In this document: positions 37,308 through 48,045 of the stretch, in pieces
Layout: each line of letters opens with the position of its first letter
Numbering within the stretch: position 1 is the stretch's first letter
From: Patescibacteria group bacterium
GTDB taxonomy: Bacteria > Patescibacteriota > Minisyncoccia > Moranbacterales > DUUL01
Reading direction: 5' to 3'
Assembly: GCA_015493225.1 (NCBI GenBank)
Contig: WGDO01000031.1
Span: 1,355-65,354, forward strand
Length of the DNA: 64,000 bases
The notes under the pieces: model-generated
What the model was told of the DNA's origin: nothing
The model's database searches: none
What the model saw: only the letters and a program-made list of their open reading frames with translations
Position numbers and translations under genes: made by a program

Positions 37308-39683
37308 GTGAAACAGAAAATTGATAAAAATATTAGTCGTTATCGACGGGTGGTGACGAAAATAAATAAATTGGAGCCAACAATGGAGCAATTGGGAGAT
37401 AATGACTTTAGAGAAAAGACATTGTTTTTTAGGCGTGGACTGGAAAAGGGCGAGATAACGATTGATGATATTTTAGTTGAAGCTTATGCCTTGGTACGAG
37501 AAGCGGGGAAGAGAGTTTTGGGATTGAGAGCTTATAATGTGCAACTACAGGGAGCTTTGGCTGTGCAGGATCAGAAAATTGCGGAAATGAAAACAGGAGA
37601 GGGAAAAACTTTAACTATTTTGTTTCCAGCTTATTTAAATGCTCTGGAGGGCAGGGGGATGCACATTGTAACGGCAAATGATTATTTAGCAGAAAGGGAT
37701 GCTACGGAGATGAAACCGGTTTATGATTTGTTAGGAGTAAGTGTTGATTATATAACCAGCAAAACCAGCGTTTTTGATCGACAGGTGGCCTATGGAGCGG
37801 ATATTACCTATGCCACAAACAACGAAATCGGATTTGATTTTTTGAGGGATAATATGCTTTATGAGGCGAAAAACAAAAGACAGAGAGAATTGTATGCGGT
37901 AATTATTGATGAGGCAGATAGTGTTTTAATAGATGAGGCTCAAACGCCTTTGGTTATTTCCAATAATAAGGCTCAGGATGCCAGCGCTGGAGATATTTAT
38001 TTAAAATTAAAACCGATTATTTCTCAGTTTCAAAAAGATATTGATTACACGGTTAATTTTAAAGAACAAACAGTGGCTTTGACGCCGATGGGCTTGCAAA
38101 AAATTGAGCAGGGAGTGGGAGTTAATAATTTATATGAAGATGATGATGTGGATTATATTTATTATGTAACTCGTTTATTAAAGGCCTACGTTCTATTTGA
38201 AAGAGACAGGGATTACATCGTGGATAATGGGGAGGTGGTTATTGTGGACGAATTTACCGGGCGGTTGATGTACAATCACCGATATTATCAGGGAATTCAT
38301 CAAGCTATTGAGGCTAAGGAAGGACTGACTATTCAATCGGAAAATAAAACATTGGCTTCGGTAACATTTCAACATTTATTTAAGAGATATAAAAAAATGG
38401 CTGGTTTGACAGGAACGGCTTGGACGGCGCGTAAGGAATTTAGATTGTTTTTTAAGAAGGAAGTAGTTAGAATTCCAACTAATAAACCAATTAGAAGAAT
38501 TGATAAACCTGATAGATTTTTCGTTAGCTGGGAAGATAAAATGAACTATGTAACCTGGGCGACGCAGGAATATTATTTTAAAAAAGGAGCAACTTTAATT
38601 GGAACTCGTTCGGTGAAAAAATCAGAAGATGTTTACAAACATCTTTTGGAGTCAAACATTCCGGCACAGGTTTTAAATGCCCAACATACTAAGCGAGAAG
38701 CGGAAATTATTGCTCAGGCCGGACAGCCGCAAATGGTAACGGTGGCTACCAATATGGCTGGGCGGGGAACGGATATTAAATTGGCGGATACTGTAAAAGA
38801 GCAGTTAGGATTGTCAATATTTGGAACAGAAAGACACAACGCTCGGCGAATTGATAATCAGTTGATTGGACGGGGAGGTCGGCAGGGTGATCCAGGACAA
38901 TCACAGTTTTTGGTTTCGGCGGAAGATGTTTTAATTCAAACATATTTTAAGGATGATTATTTGAAAGTAATTCAAAGATTTGGTGATGTAAAACAAGGAG
39001 TGGAAAATAAAAAGTTGGAAAAAATTAGCAATAGGGCTCAGAGAAGAATGGAAGATGTTTTGTTTGATCAGCGGGTTTTGGGTTATGAATTTGATAAAGT
39101 CTTAGATAGACAACGAAAATCTTTTTATAAACAACGAAATAGGGTTTTGACTGATGAAGATTTAAGATCGGAAACATTGGATTTAATTCATAAAGAGCTT
39201 TATCGGTTGATGCTGACAAAATATAAACTGGGAAATAGGTCTTTTGCAGAAAAGCAAATTAGGGATGTTGCGGGAGAAATTAAAGTTTTGGTATCAAATG
39301 AATTTTTTAATAATTTGTTGGATGGTAAAATAACAGAATTGTTACAAAACGAAGGACATTCTCCAGTTGATGCTCAGGGTGCTATTTACCAAGCGGTGGA
39401 GGAATATTATAATCATTTGGAGAGCGTTTTGGGAATAGAAAAAATGAGAATGACAGAAAAAACTGTTACATTAAAAGTTTTGGATTTATTGTGGGTAAAG
39501 TATTTAGATGAAGTTATTCAAACCCAGGAAGCGTCATTGGTTTTATCCATTAGTCAGGGAGATTTTTTCAATGATTATGAAATAAAAATGTCTAAAGCTT
39601 ATCAGCAAATGTTATTGAGCATACCGAGAATTGTGGTGATGACGTTGTTTAGGACGGTTAATAAACTGAGCGCTGGAGTTTAG
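37308..39683 (+). CDS. secA: Preprotein translocase ATPase SecA, a short 791-aa form with no C-terminal zinc-binding tail.
   Basis: 'MKTGEGKTLT' (Walker A), 'VTANDYLAERDA', 'ATNMAGRGTDIKL' and 'LIGRGGRQGDPG'. GTG start. Confidence 0.9.
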   Translation: MKQKIDKNISRYRRVVTKINKLEPTMEQLGDNDFREKTLFFRRGLEKGEITIDDILVEAYALVREAGKRVLGLRAYNVQLQGALAVQDQKIAEMKTGEGKTLTILFPAYLNALEGRGMHIVTANDYLAERDATEMKPVYDLLGVSVDYITSKTSVFDRQVAYGADITYATNNEIGFDFLRDNMLYEAKNKRQRELYAVIIDEADSVLIDEAQTPLVISNNKAQDASAGDIYLKLKPIISQFQKDIDYTVNFKEQTVALTPMGLQKIEQGVGVNNLYEDDDVDYIYYVTRLLKAYVLFERDRDYIVDNGEVVIVDEFTGRLMYNHRYYQGIHQAIEAKEGLTIQSENKTLASVTFQHLFKRYKKMAGLTGTAWTARKEFRLFFKKEVVRIPTNKPIRRIDKPDRFFVSWEDKMNYVTWATQEYYFKKGATLIGTRSVKKSEDVYKHLLESNIPAQVLNAQHTKREAEIIAQAGQPQMVTVATNMAGRGTDIKLADTVKEQLGLSIFGTERHNARRIDNQLIGRGGRQGDPGQSQFLVSAEDVLIQTYFKDDYLKVIQRFGDVKQGVENKKLEKISNRAQRRMEDVLFDQRVLGYEFDKVLDRQRKSFYKQRNRVLTDEDLRSETLDLIHKELYRLMLTKYKLGNRSFAEKQIRDVAGEIKVLVSNEFFNNLLDGKITELLQNEGHSPVDAQGAIYQAVEEYYNHLESVLGIEKMRMTEKTVTLKVLDLLWVKYLDEVIQTQEASLVLSISQGDFFNDYEIKMSKAYQQMLLSIPRIVVMTLFRTVNKLSAGV

Positions 39684-39902
39684 GTTGTTGAGTTTGTTTT
39701 TTGCGGGCGGGCCCTACAAAGGTATAAATATATGTTAATTTTAAGTTTTAAATTTTAAATTTTAATTCAATTTTAAATGTCTTAATTTTAATTTTTTTAA
39801 ACAAGTGTTAAATAATAGAGTGTAATTGGTTAAATTAAGATTTAAAATTAAAGCATTGAATTAAAATTTACAAATTACAAATTAAAATTATTATTTATAA
39901 TT

Positions 39903-41168
39903 ATGAAAGAAAGAACTAGAAAAATTTTGAAAAGATTGGGGGCAGGGCTTTTATTGGGCTTGAGTTTTTTGAATTTTGGTACTGGCTGGGGAAGACAAAA
40001 GGCGAAGAGTATTCCTCGACGGGCCCAAAATGTTAGAAAAGAAACAAAGGAAGAATTAAATCCAGAAGTTCAACAGATTGCGGATATTGCTGAAAAAGAG
40101 GCGGAGGATGTTATTAATCAACAGACTCAGGAACAGCAACAACAGCAACAAATGCAGGTGCAGACCCAGGCTCGAACTCAGACACAACAATTTTTGCGTT
40201 ATGCGACAGTTGGTGGATGGGGTGTGGCGATGGCAATGTTTTTTACTTCCATGGTTTTTAATTCGCCATTTGGTTTAGGTAAAGCAGTGTTATCATTATT
40301 GCCGGGAGAACCTCATGTGGCAGTATTATCAGCTCAGGCAGAAAAAAATATTTGGGAGGTTGGTGATTCGGTGGTGGTGGATATTAAGTTGGCTACCAAT
40401 CAGGAAAAAGTAAATTATTTTAAAACAGTTTTAACTTATAATCCAGATGTTTTACAATTTCAAAAATTTGATGTTGATAAAAATAAATTTAATAAGTTGG
40501 AGCAAAATCAAATTGACACTAAGAATGGCCGGATAACTTTTATCGTTAAGAGGAATAACGGAGCAGAATTTAAAAAGGATGTAATAGCTAAATTAGTATT
40601 TAAAGCTAAAAAAGATGTTCAAACAAATGTAAATATTATTCAAAAAGAATCTTTGGTATTGAAGACGAAAAAAGCTGATAATAAAGGATATAATATTTTG
40701 GGAAAAACTGTTTCGGCTAAATTTACAATTACCCAGAAAGCTAAAACAGATATTATTTGCCCAGAAGTTGAGGCTGTGTCTAGTCGGATGGATAGTCAAG
40801 AGTGGGAGAGAATTATTAAGGGTGCGCCAATTCCTGTTAAAAGTGATAAAAATACAGTGGTGGATAGCGGAAGTATTTCTTTGAGTTGTGCATTTTCTAG
40901 CGATGGTGTTTTGCAATTATTATTTACTGGTAAAACTTTTGCCAATAATATTAAATTGCTTAATAAATTGACTGGGAGAGAAGCAAAAATAATAAGAGAT
41001 TACTCTTGGACCGAGGGAGATAATTATTTTAAAGCAGCGGTTTTGGATACTAGTAAATGGACTAAGGAAAAACCGGGAGTTTTCAAAAATGCAGTTATTA
41101 ATTTTAAAATAAATGGTCAAAAAGTTAGATTGCCAGAAAAAGGGGTTGTTAATTTTTGGGAAGAATAA
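39903..41168 (+). CDS. Membrane-anchored cohesin-domain-like protein with an N-terminal Gln-rich region.
   Basis: Signal/TM region. 'GDSVVVDIKLATNQEKVNYFKTVLTYNPDVLQF' resembles the cohesin domain core. The N-terminus carries a QQQQQQ low-complexity stretch. Confidence 0.4.
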   Translation: MKERTRKILKRLGAGLLLGLSFLNFGTGWGRQKAKSIPRRAQNVRKETKEELNPEVQQIADIAEKEAEDVINQQTQEQQQQQQMQVQTQARTQTQQFLRYATVGGWGVAMAMFFTSMVFNSPFGLGKAVLSLLPGEPHVAVLSAQAEKNIWEVGDSVVVDIKLATNQEKVNYFKTVLTYNPDVLQFQKFDVDKNKFNKLEQNQIDTKNGRITFIVKRNNGAEFKKDVIAKLVFKAKKDVQTNVNIIQKESLVLKTKKADNKGYNILGKTVSAKFTITQKAKTDIICPEVEAVSSRMDSQEWERIIKGAPIPVKSDKNTVVDSGSISLSCAFSSDGVLQLLFTGKTFANNIKLLNKLTGREAKIIRDYSWTEGDNYFKAAVLDTSKWTKEKPGVFKNAVINFKINGQKVRLPEKGVVNFWEE

Positions 41169-41187
41169 AAACTAAAAGATAGATAAA

Positions 41188-42456
41188 GTGGAATCATTAT
41201 ACTACAAAGATTTTTATCATGTGGAAGCACAGAATTTTGATGTGACTGTTGAGGAAGAGTCTCTTTTTATGATACTTTTAAAGGCAACGGGAATTTTCTT
41301 TTTGATAACGTTTATTGTTTTTGGAATTGCTAATTATCAATTTGTAAAAGCTCAATTGTTAGATTGGCGAGGAGGAAATAATTATGCGGATTTTGATAAT
41401 GATTCAGATGGAGATGGTTTACCAGATTGGTGGGAAAGAAGATATGGTTTGAATTTAGAAGTCGATGATGCTGATGAGGATAATGATGGTGATGGAGCGA
41501 ACAATTTATTGGAGTATGAATTTGATACAAATCCTTTTGAGGCGGATACGGATGGGGACGGTTATACGGATGGACAGGAAATTAAAAATGGTTATAATCC
41601 AAACGGGGAAGGGCGACTTGATACAGATGGGGATGGAATTTATGATTGGTGGGAACAACAAAATGGTTTGGATAAAAATAATCCAAGTGATGCGGAAGAA
41701 GATTTTGATAGTGATGGATTAACAAATAAGGATGAATTTATTTATAATACTGACCCATCTAAAGCAGATACGGATGGAGACGGTGTGTCTGATGGTGATG
41801 AGGTAACTCAAAAAAGTAATCCTCATGGTAAGGGACCTTTACAAATAAATAAACAGACAATGGATGACGCAGACGGTGATGGTCTTGACTTATTTCATGA
41901 AAATTTATTTGGTAGTGATCCTAATAATCCAGATACAGATGGAGATGGGTTTAGTGATTACCGAGAAGTTTCTAGAGGCTATGACCCGACTGGGGGTAAA
42001 TATATTAATGCTACTTTACGTATTCCGGCTATAGGTGTAAATGCACCAATTATTTGGGTGCATACCGTTGATGAGAAAAAAGTATTAGATGATTTAGAGA
42101 AAGGAGTAATACATTATCCGGGAACCCCTATTCCTTCTATGAAAGGTAATAGTTATATTACAGGGCACAGTAGTTATTATTCTTGGAGTAAGAGTTCTTT
42201 TAAGGAAGTTTTAAAGGGGTTGAATAAATTAAAAGTTGGGGATGAAATAATTTTTACTTTTAAGTTGTCCAGTGGGAAAACTACGGATATAGTTTATGAA
42301 GTAACTCAGCCGGGTATTGTTGTTTTACCAAATGATGATAGATTATTTAGTGATTCTGAAGGGTATGAAGTAACGCTAGTTACCTGTTGGCCCATAGGAA
42401 CTAATTTAAAAAGAATGATGGTAAAGGCGAAATTGAAGAGACCGGCGTTGAAATAG
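41188..42456 (+). CDS. Sortase-family transpeptidase fused to thrombospondin-type-3-like Ca-binding repeats.
   Basis: The C-terminus has sortase motifs 'ITGHSSY' (His), 'TLVTCWP' (TLxTC Cys) and 'RMMVKA' (Arg). The N-terminal half has about 8 'D(T/S)DGDG(x)xD' repeats. TM anchor near the N-terminus. Confidence 0.75.
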   Translation: MESLYYKDFYHVEAQNFDVTVEEESLFMILLKATGIFFLITFIVFGIANYQFVKAQLLDWRGGNNYADFDNDSDGDGLPDWWERRYGLNLEVDDADEDNDGDGANNLLEYEFDTNPFEADTDGDGYTDGQEIKNGYNPNGEGRLDTDGDGIYDWWEQQNGLDKNNPSDAEEDFDSDGLTNKDEFIYNTDPSKADTDGDGVSDGDEVTQKSNPHGKGPLQINKQTMDDADGDGLDLFHENLFGSDPNNPDTDGDGFSDYREVSRGYDPTGGKYINATLRIPAIGVNAPIIWVHTVDEKKVLDDLEKGVIHYPGTPIPSMKGNSYITGHSSYYSWSKSSFKEVLKGLNKLKVGDEIIFTFKLSSGKTTDIVYEVTQPGIVVLPNDDRLFSDSEGYEVTLVTCWPIGTNLKRMMVKAKLKRPALK

Positions 42457-42634
42457 ATAAGTAGATGGTGGATAGTAGATAGTAGATGGTAGTAAATAGT
42501 GAATAAAATTTTAAATTTTAAGTTTTAAATTTTAAATGAATTTTAAATTTCCAATTTTGAATTTTGATTGAATATTTAATGAGATAATTTTGATTTTAAA
42601 ATATTCGAATTTTAATAAATTATAAAAAAATATT

Positions 42635-43435
42635 ATGCAAGAAGAAAATAATAAAGAAATAAAAGAAAACAATGAAGTGATGTTTTCGGTGGTTATTCCG
42701 ACTTATAATGAGGCTAGTAAAGAAGATGATATGCGAAAACATTTGGCGTCTATTAAAGATTATTTTGAAAAGTTAGGGCAAAGTTATGAGGTGTTAATTG
42801 TTTTGGATGGGCCCACTGACGGGAAAACTCCTCAACTGGTTAAGGAAATTGCTAAAACAAATTCAGCCATTAGGGTGATAAACAGAAAGAAAAATAAGGG
42901 CAAGGGTTATACAGTTCGAGAGGGTTTTATGAAAGCTAAAGGGCAGATCAGATTGTTTACTGATATGGATGGAGCAACGCCAATTAATATGTTGGATAGG
43001 TTTATTCCAGAGTTTCAAAAGGGAGCTGATATTGTGATTGGTTCGCGGGATTTACATGAATCACGTATTGATGTTCATCAGCCAAAATGGAAAGAATGGT
43101 TGGGTGATTTTGGGAATTTATTAATCCAGTTCATTGGTGGACTATGGGGTATGAAAGATACACAATGTGGATTTAAGGCATTTACAAAGCAAGCAGTGGA
43201 AGATATTATTCCCAGAACAACGGTTGATCGTTGGGGAATTGATTTTGAATTATTAATAATTGGAAAAAAACTGGGTTATAAAATAAAAGAAGTGCCAGTG
43301 GAATGGATTGATAGAGGAGATAGTTTAGTTGGTTTGAGTGGATATTTTTCTACTTTTGGAGATTTGTTTAGGACGAGGTGGAATGTAATTAGGGGAGTTT
43401 ATAGGTTGGATGAAGCGGTGGATGATAGAGAGTAG
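42635..43435 (+). CDS. GT2-family glycosyltransferase (Dpm1/polyprenyl-phosphate sugar synthase-like).
   Basis: 'FSVVIPTYNE', a DxD in 'LFTDMDGATP', and 'IGSRDL'. Confidence 0.75.
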   Translation: MQEENNKEIKENNEVMFSVVIPTYNEASKEDDMRKHLASIKDYFEKLGQSYEVLIVLDGPTDGKTPQLVKEIAKTNSAIRVINRKKNKGKGYTVREGFMKAKGQIRLFTDMDGATPINMLDRFIPEFQKGADIVIGSRDLHESRIDVHQPKWKEWLGDFGNLLIQFIGGLWGMKDTQCGFKAFTKQAVEDIIPRTTVDRWGIDFELLIIGKKLGYKIKEVPVEWIDRGDSLVGLSGYFSTFGDLFRTRWNVIRGVYRLDEAVDDRE

Positions 43436-43785
43436 TCCTTTGGTTCCCCTCCTTTGGTAAAGGAGGGGTTAGGGGAGGATTTGGTTTTTCAAATTTGAAA
43501 TTTTCAATCTCATCCCTAAACGGGAGATAAAAATTTGCAATGTTTAAATTTAAAATGATTGAAATAATGGTGAACTTAGAGCATTAGATGACTTATAGTT
43601 TGTTTGTAAAAATTAAAATTTAAAACTAAAAATTCTAAAAATCCCCCCTTAGTCCCCCCTTTACAAAGAGGGGAAACTAGGAAACAATTCTTTCTTTACA
43701 AAAAGAAGAGAAAATTAGAAAATAACTATCCCTTCACCGTAAACATTAAATTATGCACTATAAACTAAATAATTAAAACAAAAAT

Positions 43786-44835
43786 ATGTTATTTAAAAAA
43801 CAAAAAACAAAAACAAAAGTGGAGCGAGATGGTGGCTACAGTGAGCTGAGGCAAGATTTGGTTACGGGGGATTGGGTGGTAATTGCTAGTGCCAGAGGAA
43901 AACGACCGCATAAAAATAAGGAGATGGAACCGGCCTGGAGAGCAGAAGATATTCCGAAAGAAAAAGATTGTTTGTTTTGTCATCCAGAGAAAACTGGACA
44001 GGTGCCAGATGTTTTAATGTATGTTGATTCTAATGATGAGTGGACTACTAGAATTTTTCCTAATAAATATCCGGCATTTAAGCCACTAAAAAATAATAGG
44101 CAGGTTAAACATCTGGAAGAGGGGCCGTATTTTTTGATGGATGGAGTTGGATATCACGATTTAATTGTTACCAGAGATCATAATCGTCAGATGGGACAAA
44201 TGGAAACAGAGGAAGTGGCAGAGGTGCTGGATGCTTATCAGACGAGATATTTGGAGTTAATGAATAAAAAATTTGTAAGGTATATTGAGATTTTTCATAA
44301 TTATGGAAAAGAGGCTGGTGGTTCGATTTATCATCCTCATTCACAATTGATGGCTATTCCAGTTATTTCTCCTTATATTAATGGAGAGTTGCGAGGGGCG
44401 GAGCAGTATGAAAGGGAGAGAGGAGAATGTGTTTATTGTACGATGTTAGAAGAAGAACAAAAAGTAAAAAAAAGAATAGTTTATGAAAATGATGATTTTA
44501 TTGCTTTTTGTCCTTTTGCTTCTCGGCGAGCTTATGAAGTGTGGGTTATGCCTAAAAAACATCAGCCATATTTTGAGCGTTTAACGGACGAAGAAAAGTT
44601 GTCGGCAGGAGAAGTTTTAAAAGAAGCTTTGGGACGGATTGATAAAAAATTAAATGGGGTGGCTTATAATTTTTATTTACATACTTCACCCTGTGATGGA
44701 AAAGATTATTATTCTTTTCATTGGCATTTTGAGATTTTGCCAAAAACTTCTATTTGGGCTGGGTTTGAACTTTCCACGGGAATAGAAATTAATGCTGTGT
44801 CGCCGGAGAAGGCAGCGGAGGAATTGAGAGATTAA
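43786..44835 (+). CDS. galT: Galactose-1-phosphate uridylyltransferase.
   Basis: The zinc site 'CLFCHPE' and the HIT-like active site 'HPHSQ'. Confidence 0.8.
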   Translation: MLFKKQKTKTKVERDGGYSELRQDLVTGDWVVIASARGKRPHKNKEMEPAWRAEDIPKEKDCLFCHPEKTGQVPDVLMYVDSNDEWTTRIFPNKYPAFKPLKNNRQVKHLEEGPYFLMDGVGYHDLIVTRDHNRQMGQMETEEVAEVLDAYQTRYLELMNKKFVRYIEIFHNYGKEAGGSIYHPHSQLMAIPVISPYINGELRGAEQYERERGECVYCTMLEEEQKVKKRIVYENDDFIAFCPFASRRAYEVWVMPKKHQPYFERLTDEEKLSAGEVLKEALGRIDKKLNGVAYNFYLHTSPCDGKDYYSFHWHFEILPKTSIWAGFELSTGIEINAVSPEKAAEELRD

Positions 44836-45019
44836 ACCATCGATATTATTTATCATTTGTAGTTTTAATGAAATGATATAAAAAAGTTGTCTTTCTTTTT
44901 ACAAAAATGGATGGTTTAAAATTTTAAATTTTAAATTTTAATTCAAACTTTATTTTTTTAATTTTAAATGATTGAAATAAACATGAGGTTAAAATAGTAA
45001 TAGATAAAAAATATCAAAA

Positions 45020-46075
45020 ATGATAAGTGAAAAATATAAATCTAAAAAAAGAAATGACGTTAAAGACACTAGTAAAAATAGTAAGGCTGGTAACGCTAAG
45101 TTTATTATTAGTGTTTTTTTGATTATTCTAGTAGCGTTATTGGTAGGGGGAAAGTGGTATTTTAATAAATATGATACTAGTGATTATGAGCATATTGGAT
45201 TTTTCCCCACCACTAAATTAAAACCAACTTGGGAGAGAAAAATTAAAACTAATCAAAAAATAAAAATTGGTTTTATCACTGATACACATGTTCATCCAAA
45301 GCGAATACATCGAGAAAATAGAGCTGATGATGCTCCTCGATATTTACCGGAAAAATTAATGGCGCCTCTAGTTGAATTTCAGGATGATATGATAAAATTT
45401 AAACCTGATTTTACAGTTCATCTGGGAGACGTTATTGAAGGAACTAATGAAAAAGATTTTGTTGGCATTGCTGGGATTAAGTTGGTGCGCGATGAGTTGG
45501 AAAAAATTGGAGTACCGGCTTGGTTTGTGCTGGGGAATCATGATGTAAGGGCAGTTACTAAACAACAATTTAAGGAGACATTGCTGATTGATTCTCTAAA
45601 TAGAGTTATAGACGTGGGAGATTATCGTTTTATTATTTTAGATGGTGATTTTAAGCCGACCGGAGAAGATACCTTTCCGAAGCATGGTTATACTCGGGGA
45701 TATTTACCTGACAAAGTTTTACAGTGGTTGGAGCCAAAGCTACAGACGAATAAGCAGGTTGTTGTTTTAATGCATTTTGCGGCTTGGCCTTCACAACTAA
45801 TTGGTACTAAGAGAGGTATAATAGGTAATGCTGAAAAATTGCGAGCGATGATGGAGAAATATAATGTTTTGGCAATTTTTAATGGACATATTGAAAAGAA
45901 AAAATATGCTAATGTGAATGGAACTCAATTTTTTTCTTTTACTGGGACGAAAGAAAGTGACGAATATAAAAACTGTTTTTATGAAGTGACTTTTCAAGGT
46001 AATGATATCAAAGTGACAATGTATTATGTCGACCCACAAACAGGGGAACATAAAGTTGTTGATTTTAAGCAATAG
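45020..46075 (+). CDS. Calcineurin-like metallophosphoesterase with an N-terminal TM anchor.
   Basis: 'GFITDTHVH', 'LGDVIEG' and 'GNHD'. Confidence 0.7.
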   Translation: MISEKYKSKKRNDVKDTSKNSKAGNAKFIISVFLIILVALLVGGKWYFNKYDTSDYEHIGFFPTTKLKPTWERKIKTNQKIKIGFITDTHVHPKRIHRENRADDAPRYLPEKLMAPLVEFQDDMIKFKPDFTVHLGDVIEGTNEKDFVGIAGIKLVRDELEKIGVPAWFVLGNHDVRAVTKQQFKETLLIDSLNRVIDVGDYRFIILDGDFKPTGEDTFPKHGYTRGYLPDKVLQWLEPKLQTNKQVVVLMHFAAWPSQLIGTKRGIIGNAEKLRAMMEKYNVLAIFNGHIEKKKYANVNGTQFFSFTGTKESDEYKNCFYEVTFQGNDIKVTMYYVDPQTGEHKVVDFKQ

Positions 46076-46154
46076 ATCTAATAATTTAGTTGACATTTCG
46101 AAAGTTGGATGTAGAATAAGGGGTGTAATTTTAAATTTGTAACTTTTTAAAAGT

Positions 46155-46469
46155 ATGTCGAAAAGTATAACAATTGAGGAAGTTAAATATACGGCGGAAT
46201 TGGCACGGTTGGAGTTTAGTGATGAAAAATTAGAAAAAATGACGAAAGATTTAGGTGATATTTTAGGTTATTTTGAAGACTTGGCAGAGGCGGATACTAG
46301 TCAAGATGTTAAAATTAATCATTATGATTTTATTTCTGAGAGAAAAAATCATTTTCGGGAAGATGAAGTCGTGCCAGCGGAGGAGAAAACGAAAGAAATA
46401 ATTAAAGATAATTTTCCAGAAAAACAAGGAGAGTTATTGGCTGTTAAATCTATATTAACCAAGAAATAA
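46155..46469 (+). CDS. gatC: Asp-tRNA(Asn)/Glu-tRNA(Gln) amidotransferase subunit C.
   Basis: 'ITIEEVKYTAELARLEFSDEKLEKMTKDLGDILGYFEDL'. It lies directly upstream of gatA. Confidence 0.8.
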   Translation: MSKSITIEEVKYTAELARLEFSDEKLEKMTKDLGDILGYFEDLAEADTSQDVKINHYDFISERKNHFREDEVVPAEEKTKEIIKDNFPEKQGELLAVKSILTKK

Positions 46470-46470
46470 A

Positions 46471-47916
46471 ATGATTAAAAAAATACATAAACAAATTCAA
46501 AGTGGAGAAAAAACCAGTGAAGAAATTTGCCGGGAATATTTAGGTAAAATTAAAGAACAAAATGAAGAGTTAAACGCTTTTATTGAAGTGTATGAGGAAG
46601 AGGAAATTCTAGAACAGGCGAAACAGGTTGATGAAAAAGTGAAAAATGGTGAGAAAATTAAATTGTTAGAAGGAATTCCTTGTGGAATTAAAGATTTAAT
46701 TAATATTCAAGGAAAAAAAACAACGGCTGGCTCCAGAATGATGGAAAATTATGTAGCTTCGGAAGATGCGGAAGTTATTAGGCGGTTGAAAAAGGAGGGT
46801 GTAATTTTTATGGGAAAGGCAAATTTGGATGAATTTGCCATGGGAGCTTCCGGAGAAAATTCCGCTTTTGGTTCGACTAAAAATCCTTATGATACAACCA
46901 AGGTGCCAGGTGGTTCTTCTAGTGGGTCGGCGGTGGCGGTGGCTTCTGAAATGTCTCCTTGGGCTCTGGGAACGGATACAGGAGGTTCTATTCGTCAGCC
47001 CTCTGGTTTTTGTGGGGTGGTGGGAATGAAACCAACCTATGGACGAGTGTCGCGACGAGGTGTTTTCCCTATGGCAACCAGTTATGATCAGGTTGGTCCG
47101 ATTGCTCAGACAGTGGAAGATGTGGCTATTGTTTTGCAAGTAATTGCTGGAGAAGACAAACAGGATAACACTACTATTAAAGAGAGTAATTTGGAAAATA
47201 AATTGGCAGAATTGGATGGAGATTTGAAAGGAGTAAAAATTGGTTATGTGAGAGAATTTTTTGAAAAGGAGGGATTGGATGATGATGTGCGAGATTTAGT
47301 AAAAGGAAAGATAGATTGGGCAAAGGAACAGGGAGCAGAAATTGTGGATGTAGAGTTACCAAATTTTAAATATTCTTTGGCGACTTATTATTTAATGATT
47401 ACCTCAGAGGTTAGTTCTAATATGGCGAGAATTGATGGGATTAGATTTGGTTTTAATGAGGCGGTTGATGGAGCGGGAGAAAGTAAAAATTTATTGGATG
47501 TCTATCAAAAATCTCGTTCCCTGGGATTGGGAGAAGAGGTGCAGAGGCGAATTGTTTTGGGAACTTATGCTTTGTCGGCTGGTTACTACGATGCTTATTA
47601 TAAAAAGGCGCAGGCAGTGCGAGAATTAATTAAAGATGATCTGCGAAAAGCCTTTGAGAAAGTTGATTTTATTATTGCGCCTACTTCGCCGACACCGGCC
47701 TTTAGATTGGGAGATAAAACCGATGACCCTTTGGCGATGTATTTGGCGGATATTTACACGGTGACCGCTAATGTGGCGATGATTCCAGCCATTGCTTTGC
47801 CAGCGGGGAAAGTGGAGCGAGAAGGAAAAGAGTTGCCAGTAGGAATGCAATTATTGGGTAAGTGGTGGGACGATTGGAAATTATTGAGTTGGGCGAAGGG
47901 GTTTGAGAATAATTAG
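46471..47916 (+). CDS. gatA: Asp-tRNA(Asn)/Glu-tRNA(Gln) amidotransferase subunit A.
   Basis: Amidase signature 'GGSSSGSAVAVAS', 'GIPCGIKDLINIQGKKTTAGS', and Ser-cisSer-Lys triad context. Confidence 0.9.
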   Translation: MIKKIHKQIQSGEKTSEEICREYLGKIKEQNEELNAFIEVYEEEEILEQAKQVDEKVKNGEKIKLLEGIPCGIKDLINIQGKKTTAGSRMMENYVASEDAEVIRRLKKEGVIFMGKANLDEFAMGASGENSAFGSTKNPYDTTKVPGGSSSGSAVAVASEMSPWALGTDTGGSIRQPSGFCGVVGMKPTYGRVSRRGVFPMATSYDQVGPIAQTVEDVAIVLQVIAGEDKQDNTTIKESNLENKLAELDGDLKGVKIGYVREFFEKEGLDDDVRDLVKGKIDWAKEQGAEIVDVELPNFKYSLATYYLMITSEVSSNMARIDGIRFGFNEAVDGAGESKNLLDVYQKSRSLGLGEEVQRRIVLGTYALSAGYYDAYYKKAQAVRELIKDDLRKAFEKVDFIIAPTSPTPAFRLGDKTDDPLAMYLADIYTVTANVAMIPAIALPAGKVEREGKELPVGMQLLGKWWDDWKLLSWAKGFENN

Positions 47917-47946
47917 GAATTAAGAATTTAGAATTAAGAGTTTAAA

Positions 47947-47977
47947 AAAACAGCTTTGATGACAAAGCTGTTTTTTG
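47947..47977. terminator. Bidirectional rho-independent terminator between gatA (+) and the Excalibur gene (-).
   Basis: Hairpin 'cagctttg-atga-caaagctg' with A-run on the 5' side and T-run on the 3' side. Confidence 0.65.
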
Positions 47978-48045
47978 ATTGTAAAACCCCTCAAAATTTT
48001 TGTTCCTTAAATTTTAATCTCCTTTATATAGGAGATAAATGAGAT

